Shown here: piece after piece, positions 57,410-64,000 of the stretch
Position numbering within the stretch: position 1 is the first letter of the stretch
Layout of the letters: the number at the start of each line of letters is the position of its first letter
Virus record (IMG/VR): IMGVR_UViG_3300005573_001079
Coordinates: 62,001 to 126,000 of that record
Length of the DNA stretch: 64,000 nucleotides
Direction: 5' to 3' (one strand)
From: an uncultured virus (IMG/VR IMGVR_UViG_3300005573_001079)
Lineage: Duplodnaviria; Heunggongvirae; Uroviricota; Caudoviricetes
The notes under the pieces: generated by a model
What the model was told of the DNA's origin: nothing
Database searches by the model: none
What the model saw: only the letters and a program-made list of their open reading frames with translations
Position numbers and translations under genes: made by a program

Positions 57410-60232
57410 TTAATTTTTTTCTCCTTGAGGATTACCATATTTCCAAATTTTTGGATGTATTCCTCTAAAATAATTTCTTTTGCTATTATAAATAAATTCA
57501 CAATTTTGTATCTTTTCTGATAAATAATTTATTACATCCTGTGATAAATATTGTTTATTGATAATATTAACACTTATCTTTTTTGTCATAAAAACTGGAT
57601 TAACTAACTTCTCTATCTCCTCTGTAGATAGTTTAAAGAGATCGTCTAATAACATTACTAATGCATTATCTCTTGAATCTGATATAGATAAAACGGGTTT
57701 TCCTTCTATTATTTCGAATTCTATATCATATGGTGGTTGAAATCCTCTTTCTGATAATTCTGGTAAGAAAGTTTTAATCTCATAAGTTTTATGTGGTAAG
57801 ATTATTTGAGTAACCAATTCATTATTTTCATTAACAAAGAATATAAAAGGATTTTTTACAAGAACTGAAGTAGGATGATAATTATAATCAGAAAAAACCT
57901 GACTTTGAGAAAAAGACCGACCTGGGTCAAACCAACTCCAATCAAAAGTAGTACTACCATAAACTGTTATTACTTTGTATTTAAAAGTATACCAACTTCT
58001 TTGTAAAACAAAATCAGAATGATACTCTTCTTCAAAGACTATTTTATTGTGATATGGTTGTATCCAAATAGGAAGCTCTATTTTCTTACCCGTAAAGTTG
58101 TACCCCCACGCCACCATTTTTCCATCTTTAGATGTCCATCCTTGAGGACTTGAATACCATCCACAAGTTAAGTCTATGTACATTATTCCAGAGAATAATC
58201 CTCCTACGTAATTACAACAAAAATATGAACCACAAGGACTAGGCAAAGTTTTGCCCTTCTTTATATCGACTTTTATTCTTTCAAAACGATAGTTAAGAAC
58301 TTTTTCTATATCTAAATAAGTAAATGCTCCAGAGTATACTCCACTCGATTTTCCACTTTTTCCTAATGTACCAGAAAATCCTGTTATACTAGACCCTCCT
58401 TCTGGTATAGGAGTAGTAGCTACTACTGCCATCTTTTCTCCTACTCTAACCATACCACAAGCATCTATTCCTTTTCTAAACATTCTTAAAGGAATTTCTA
58501 CGTAAGTAATATTCGGTATTTGAGTAGTATCTTGTACTTTATAATAGCCAACTCTATATAATATACTATCAGGAGTTACAAATATTACATCCAAAGTATC
58601 TAATCCTACGCTTAGTATCTTTGCATGTATTACAGTATCTACAATCATTGAAGATAATACTGCATTAAGGTCTTTTTGAAAATTTCCGGAATTTACTGGA
58701 TTTAAAACGTATATGTTTATATATAAAGAATCAATTTCTACATATCTATTTGGCAGATAACTTAAAAATAAAGTATCTGGTATTGGAACAACATTATTTT
58801 TTGTAATTGGTTTTCCAATAATAGTAAAGTTAAATTTATGAGCTGAGTCTGGTAAAGGAAGAAGGTAAGTTGTATTATTATAAACATTAATAGAATCTTG
58901 CAAAAAAGATACAAATAAAGTTACAGAATCTCTCGAAGAATACCATTTAATCTTTACAGTATCCCCTTGTACAAATAAAGAATTTTGATAAGGACTTAAA
59001 AACTTTAAAGTGTCATACTTTGTTAATGGAGCCCATCTTAAATAAGGATATCCTTCATTTATTGAAGGATCGATTGCCCAAGTGTTATCAAAATCCCATG
59101 TTGTATAAGTACTTTGAGTTTTCATTTCTGCAGTTAGCTTCGCTATAGCAGAATCAGAATTTACTAAAACAGAAGCGCTTTTTTGAGTACCACAAATTTC
59201 ATAATTAAAATATGAATAGAATATGTTTTGAGAAACTCCAGACCATCCTAATTTAGTAAAACCTCCCGCGGGTCCTTCAAATTGTGTGGTACTATAACAC
59301 CTTCTTATAATTAAATTAGGACTTCCGCCTGAATATCCTACTCCTGTAACAAACCCTACAGTAGCTCCTCCAGAATTAGTTGTTAATGTTATTTTACCTT
59401 TGAAAAAACAATCTTCTATTATTACGTTTCCACTCGAACTTGCAGAATATCCTATATATCCTAAAAACGCTCCAAGATTTCCAGAAGATGTTAAGTATCT
59501 TCTTCCTTTTATATGTACATTTTCTGCAAAACATTTTTGAATTACTCCTTCTACAATTGTACCACAAATTGCCCCTGTTGAAAATCCTGCGCCGCTTGTC
59601 CCATCCCCTGCTGTCCATATAAGAGTATTTCTTATCGCACATTCTTTTACGCTATCTAAAGTAGTAGTACCAATATATCCTATAATTCCACCGACTCCAT
59701 TTTGCATGTTAATATAATTTTCTTTCAGTATTATTTTTGAAGAATCAACTATTACTCTATACAATAAATTTCTAAAATCAGAAAAAGAAGTTCCGAATCT
59801 TCCAGCAATAAATCCTATGTAGGAATTTGTCATATTATTATTTAAAGTAGAGTCTACTATTTCAAAATTCTTACAAGATAAATTGAATACTCTAATAGTA
59901 GTAGCACCTGAGAAAAGACCTATATAATTACCACTCGTAACTTCATAATACATTTTCATATTCCTTATAACATGACCATTTCCATCAAGAGATACTCGTG
60001 CAGATATATTTATTGGAGTCCAATTTCCTCCGCTACCTACTCCTAAATCATCTAAGTTTATATCATTAATTAATTTGTAATAAACAGTTGTATTAGAACC
60101 TTGGTTACGAATTTGATTAAATTGTTGAGCGGTAGAAATAAGATAAGGATCATTTTGAGTACCACTTCCTCCTGCAAACTGTCCTAATAAATTTTGTGAT
60201 AAGAATAAAATGATAATTATGATTCTTTTCAT
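57410..60232 (-). CDS. Secreted GLUG-type beta-helix protein with signal peptide
   Basis: Signal peptide; FAGGSGTQNDPYLISTA; LDGNGHVI; GGIIG-type repeats; WDF...W......GYPYL. Confidence 0.7.
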   Translation of the reverse strand: MKRIIIIILFLSQNLLGQFAGGSGTQNDPYLISTAQQFNQIRNQGSNTTVYYKLINDINLDDLGVGSGGNWTPINISARVSLDGNGHVIRNMKMYYEVTSGNYIGLFSGATTIRVFNLSCKNFEIVDSTLNNNMTNSYIGFIAGRFGTSFSDFRNLLYRVIVDSSKIILKENYINMQNGVGGIIGYIGTTTLDSVKECAIRNTLIWTAGDGTSGAGFSTGAICGTIVEGVIQKCFAENVHIKGRRYLTSSGNLGAFLGYIGYSASSSGNVIIEDCFFKGKITLTTNSGGATVGFVTGVGYSGGSPNLIIRRCYSTTQFEGPAGGFTKLGWSGVSQNIFYSYFNYEICGTQKSASVLVNSDSAIAKLTAEMKTQSTYTTWDFDNTWAIDPSINEGYPYLRWAPLTKYDTLKFLSPYQNSLFVQGDTVKIKWYSSRDSVTLFVSFLQDSINVYNNTTYLLPLPDSAHKFNFTIIGKPITKNNVVPIPDTLFLSYLPNRYVEIDSLYINIYVLNPVNSGNFQKDLNAVLSSMIVDTVIHAKILSVGLDTLDVIFVTPDSILYRVGYYKVQDTTQIPNITYVEIPLRMFRKGIDACGMVRVGEKMAVVATTPIPEGGSSITGFSGTLGKSGKSSGVYSGAFTYLDIEKVLNYRFERIKVDIKKGKTLPSPCGSYFCCNYVGGLFSGIMYIDLTCGWYSSPQGWTSKDGKMVAWGYNFTGKKIELPIWIQPYHNKIVFEEEYHSDFVLQRSWYTFKYKVITVYGSTTFDWSWFDPGRSFSQSQVFSDYNYHPTSVLVKNPFIFFVNENNELVTQIILPHKTYEIKTFLPELSERGFQPPYDIEFEIIEGKPVLSISDSRDNALVMLLDDLFKLSTEEIEKLVNPVFMTKKISVNIINKQYLSQDVINYLSEKIQNCEFIYNSKRNYFRGIHPKIWKYGNPQGEKN

Positions 60233-60248
60233 ATAGTATCTTCTTTCT

Positions 60249-60722
60249 TTATTTCTTTATCCAAATCCAACAATACCATAATTCTCTTGTACTTGTAGAA
60301 GGTCTAGATACAATAAATCGATCGGTTTCAATCCTAACTCCTAATACATCTTGTGGATCTGGTATTGTATTTAATATAGTTACAACAACAACATCTTGTG
60401 GTCTAATGCCTTGTACATAAATAGTATCATATTGTTTGTTAACCACAAAATAGTTTTGTCCTGAAAAAGAAGGAGAAAACTTTAAAGTATCATTTATTAT
60501 TTGTAATTGATTTGGATCTGTAAAAACAATTAATTCGTTAAGTAAACTATCAATATCTGTCCAATTTTTATTTAGCGAGTCTGCACTTGGTCTTGCTGAT
60601 TGAGCCCATTGTCTTAATTTATAATATTGTGTTCTTGATGAAGGTGGATCAAATCGTTGTTGTGAAATTACATTTATATAAGTTAAAACTACAAATAAAA
60701 GAAAATATAATAATTTTTTCAT
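60249..60722 (-). CDS. Signal-peptide protein with tail-fibre-like N-terminal motif
   Basis: MKKLLYFLLFVVLTYINVISQ; TQYYKLRQW...LNKNWTDIDSLL. Confidence 0.55.
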   Translation of the reverse strand: MKKLLYFLLFVVLTYINVISQQRFDPPSSRTQYYKLRQWAQSARPSADSLNKNWTDIDSLLNELIVFTDPNQLQIINDTLKFSPSFSGQNYFVVNKQYDTIYVQGIRPQDVVVVTILNTIPDPQDVLGVRIETDRFIVSRPSTSTRELWYCWIWIKK

Positions 60723-60739
60723 AAACTCCTCCTTTCTTT

Positions 60740-62794
60740 TTATAGGTATATTCCATAATCTTCGGAATATATATCACCATACCCAGATGCTTCGTGAGCT
60801 ATTTTAAAATAAGGTAATGGAATAGAAGATGTAGTTACTCCTCTAATAGAACATTGATGCAACTCAAATTCTTTTACATTTGCTTCTATTCTAAATTGAA
60901 ATTGATGTATCGTATCTTGGTTCATTATTTTACGAGATGTTATTTTAGGCAATGTATCATAAAAACGATTTCTTAATTCTCCAGGAACAATACTTCCTGT
61001 ACTTAACATTATTTCATCAAATCCTATTCCTATAGAATTAGTATCAATTCTTAAATACCCAGATGGTATAGAAGGAATACTTCCTGTTATTTGTTCTGAA
61101 TATATTAAATTATCATCTACTTGTAAATAAATAACATTATCAATACCTAGACATGCAAAATAATGAGGTCTATATGGTAATTCTTCAAGATACTCTGAAA
61201 TATCTGCCCTTACAGTAGTAATACTACCACTATTGTTTATATTAAAGCTAAAAAACCCGCTAAGAAAATCATATGATTCTATCGCTATTGAATACCCATT
61301 GTTTTCCGGTATAACAGTCATTTCGTGAGGAGAAGGAAGATCTTCATATTTATAAACAAATACACCTCGAAATGTAGTATCTATTCCATAAATCCATCCT
61401 TCCCATAAAAAGTTAGTTTGAGATAAATCCAAAGCGACATCATTATATATTAAAATTAAAGACCCAGAACTTAGTTTCCACCCTAATTTTAAAGGTTCTC
61501 TTCCTCTTATGTAAGTAGTTTTAAAAGATCCACTAGTCCAAAGAGTTAAATTATTTACAGTCGAAATATCTTCTACTTCATTTAGTTTATTAAATATTAA
61601 GTGATTAATAGGTTGTAAATCTTTTGAAGATTCTATGTCAGATAAAAGACTAAACTTATTATATCCTGGTAAATATTCTCTAAAGTAAACTGTTCTTGGA
61701 ATTGGTTGTCCAGGATAAGATCTCATATAAACTTTATATCTTGCGTCATTTCTTAGTAAAACAGACCAATCATAATAATAAGTAATGTCAGGGTTTATAT
61801 CCACAATTCCTAAATAACCAGATGTTAAAGCGCCTTTATAGGAAGGAATATCTATTAAAGAAACGTGAGGATCTGTCTCATATATTGGATCTCTCCAAAA
61901 AAGAACTTGTTGAGTATTATAAATGTACCCTCCACTTGCATACATAAATAAGTCAGAAGAATAAGAAGGTATACTCATAGGAGAAGGTTTCCATATAGAT
62001 ATTTTATCAGAAACATCATAATAAGGAATTATATCTACTTTTAAAACATTATTAATAGAATTTTCTATACTTCGAACTATACTACTTGTAGCAATAGTAC
62101 TATCTAAGAATAAAGTGCAATTAATTCCACTATTATAACGTTTCTTTCCTAACAATTTCGTATTAAAACCAAGTTTAGAATATGTATATAAATAAGGATC
62201 TCCTACACTCGCCGGAAGATTAGTATAGTAAAGATTTCCTTTTTTAGGTATTTCTGCATCAAGAATTACTAAATTATCTCCTGTACTCAATATAGAACCT
62301 GTAACAGTTTGTAACTTCCATCCTAAAACATCTCTTACAGACTCTCTGACTAAAGGAGAAACTCCGTTGTAAGCTTGTCCTACTTGATGGATACTTTTAA
62401 TTGTAGTACTATCAAAGAGAGCCTCTGATATAAATCGAAGTTGTTGTCTGTATCCTTGTAAAATATAATTATGAATTTCATATTCTTGACTTATATTTTT
62501 ACTAACTTCAAATAAATAACCAAAGTTCTCATACATTTTACTACTACTTCTGTCAGTAGGAAAAGGAGTAGTTCTTACTCCTTCAATAAAAAGATCATTA
62601 AATAATTGAAAACTTTCGATAGAAGCAGAAGATATTTGATCTGCATACATTTTTAGTATATTGTATATATTAGACCCAATAATATTTACAGGATACCAAC
62701 GAGATGAAAGATAAGAAAATAAGCTAGATAGGATTCTGTTTATACTTCTGTTTGCGTAATCTTTCCAGTTTATAAAAATCATACTGTAAACCAA
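60740..62794 (-). CDS. Probable baseplate wedge protein with LamG-like C-terminal region
   Basis: Directly downstream of baseplate J; WEGWI...GFDEIMLS resembles LamG. Confidence 0.5.
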   Translation of the reverse strand: MVYSMIFINWKDYANRSINRILSSLFSYLSSRWYPVNIIGSNIYNILKMYADQISSASIESFQLFNDLFIEGVRTTPFPTDRSSSKMYENFGYLFEVSKNISQEYEIHNYILQGYRQQLRFISEALFDSTTIKSIHQVGQAYNGVSPLVRESVRDVLGWKLQTVTGSILSTGDNLVILDAEIPKKGNLYYTNLPASVGDPYLYTYSKLGFNTKLLGKKRYNSGINCTLFLDSTIATSSIVRSIENSINNVLKVDIIPYYDVSDKISIWKPSPMSIPSYSSDLFMYASGGYIYNTQQVLFWRDPIYETDPHVSLIDIPSYKGALTSGYLGIVDINPDITYYYDWSVLLRNDARYKVYMRSYPGQPIPRTVYFREYLPGYNKFSLLSDIESSKDLQPINHLIFNKLNEVEDISTVNNLTLWTSGSFKTTYIRGREPLKLGWKLSSGSLILIYNDVALDLSQTNFLWEGWIYGIDTTFRGVFVYKYEDLPSPHEMTVIPENNGYSIAIESYDFLSGFFSFNINNSGSITTVRADISEYLEELPYRPHYFACLGIDNVIYLQVDDNLIYSEQITGSIPSIPSGYLRIDTNSIGIGFDEIMLSTGSIVPGELRNRFYDTLPKITSRKIMNQDTIHQFQFRIEANVKEFELHQCSIRGVTTSSIPLPYFKIAHEASGYGDIYSEDYGIYL

Positions 62795-63999
62795 TTTATA
62801 GTTAAATTACTTAGTGTAGGAAAACAATTAAACGGAATTTCAAGATTTCCAAAGTTATTGGGTAATATACTATTATCTTCACTTTTAAATTCATTAAATG
62901 GAAGCTTTACATCATCAACTCCATTTGTATTGAGAATTACTCTTGCAATATCGGCTTGTTGTAATTCTTGTCCTATATGTAAACTGTCGATAAAGGAAGA
63001 TATTTCATCTCTAATTAAACTTTCAAGACTGAGTTGGTCATAACCAGGTAAAGCTCTAATTGTTATATTTAAGACAATAGGAACGACAATTGCTTCTTTT
63101 ACTAAAATATCTACATTTTGAATTAATTTGTCTTCTCTTAAAAGGTAATTTTGCAAATCGGATATAAGAGAATTATAAGAGTAATTTACTATAACAGATC
63201 CCGAAGAAGAAAATAAAGGAGGACTAAAGGTTATTTTGTCGTTTCCTTTAACTGAACCCGCATAAGCTCCAGAGTCTTTTACAAAACTATAATTAGTAGT
63301 AATCTCACTTCCTCCTTGAGCTATATAAAAAATTTCTCTTACGGGTTGATTAGATAAAACTATTTCGTCAAATGAAGGATTTAATACTGCAGAAAAAACT
63401 TCTTGAGTATTACTTATTCTGTATCCTTTTACATAAACATCTACTGCTCCCGCATCTTCTCTCCCTACATCATTGTGCCCCAATACTTTTGCATCAATTA
63501 CATCTTCTGAAAACATTAAGACATCACTTAATAATCCGCTTAAAGTTCCTAAATTACTTCCTTTCCATTTTAAAGCAATCCTATTTCTAAAAGTTTCTGT
63601 GTCTTCTCTATCCATTCCTCCTGTAGTTGACTCTTTATTATAACATCCTTCGATTCCTGTAATTGGAGTAATAATAGTATTAATAGATAAAGGACCAACA
63701 ACACTATTTGCACCCGGAAATACAGATACAATTGGCGCAGTTACTTCATATACACCAGTGTTGGGATTTAAATAGGTTTGTGAAAACGCTGTGTACATTG
63801 TAACAGTTGATAATGTAACAAAACGCTGTGCCTCCGTAGTATTGGTAGGAGATGTAGATACTACTGTACCAGCAGGAATTGTTATATCAAAACTAGGTGC
63901 AGTATTTCTGAAAAATGTTACATATCCTTTTGACTGTCTTGCATTTTTCCTAACTAATCCTAAATTAGAAGCTATTTTATCAAGAACTGAGTCTGGAGC
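62779..63999 (-). CDS. Baseplate J-like protein (5' end outside the window)
   Basis: Frame open to the window end (LDKIASNLGLVRK..GYVTF..IPAGTVV); GGMDREDTETFRNRI; AGAVDVYV. Confidence 0.85.
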   Translation of the reverse strand, partial: APDSVLDKIASNLGLVRKNARQSKGYVTFFRNTAPSFDITIPAGTVVSTSPTNTTEAQRFVTLSTVTMYTAFSQTYLNPNTGVYEVTAPIVSVFPGANSVVGPLSINTIITPITGIEGCYNKESTTGGMDREDTETFRNRIALKWKGSNLGTLSGLLSDVLMFSEDVIDAKVLGHNDVGREDAGAVDVYVKGYRISNTQEVFSAVLNPSFDEIVLSNQPVREIFYIAQGGSEITTNYSFVKDSGAYAGSVKGNDKITFSPPLFSSSGSVIVNYSYNSLISDLQNYLLREDKLIQNVDILVKEAIVVPIVLNITIRALPGYDQLSLESLIRDEISSFIDSLHIGQELQQADIARVILNTNGVDDVKLPFNEFKSEDNSILPNNFGNLEIPFNCFPTLSNLTINWFTV

Positions 64000-64000
64000 T

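Noticed and set aside
59394..59642. 82-aa minus-strand ORF
   Set aside because: Nested out of frame inside the 940-aa gene, with no supporting signal.
1758..63590. All plus-strand ORFs in the track (60-142 aa)
   Set aside because: They lie antisense to longer minus-strand genes and show no recognisable motifs; treated as shadow ORFs.
1..64000. Stop-codon reassignment, as in some large phages
   Set aside because: Standard code 11 gives full-length, tightly packed genes. The split primase and split Rad50 parts are kilobases apart, not separated by single in-frame stops.

Overview
AT-rich, densely packed window with essentially all genes on the minus strand. It reads as part of a large (probably jumbo) myovirus genome. 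In transcription order (right to left): baseplate/tail genes, including two signal-peptide proteins; a ~13 kb glycosylation cluster (GT4, GT2, Gmd, Fcl, STELLO/GT75-like) around a structured 460-bp intergenic region; a sigma factor and class II RNR; a replication block (SF2 helicase, DnaC-like loader, DnaB, stand-alone primase zinc finger); a 7-deazaguanine DNA-modification pathway; a UDG-PolA fusion; GroEL; primase core; RecA; resolvase; dUTPase; split Rad50/Mre11; an SLT muramidase; and probable head-associated modular proteins. The deazaguanine pathway has FolE2, QueD, QueE, QueC and a divergent TGT/DpdA-like enzyme, plus an ArcS-like protein, class III aminotransferase, PHP phosphatase, P-loop kinase, stand-alone Ntn glutaminase, MT-A70 methylase and an apparently inactive second FolE2. 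This extended locus is the best candidate for an undescribed system. All family calls come from motif recognition by eye; no searches were run.
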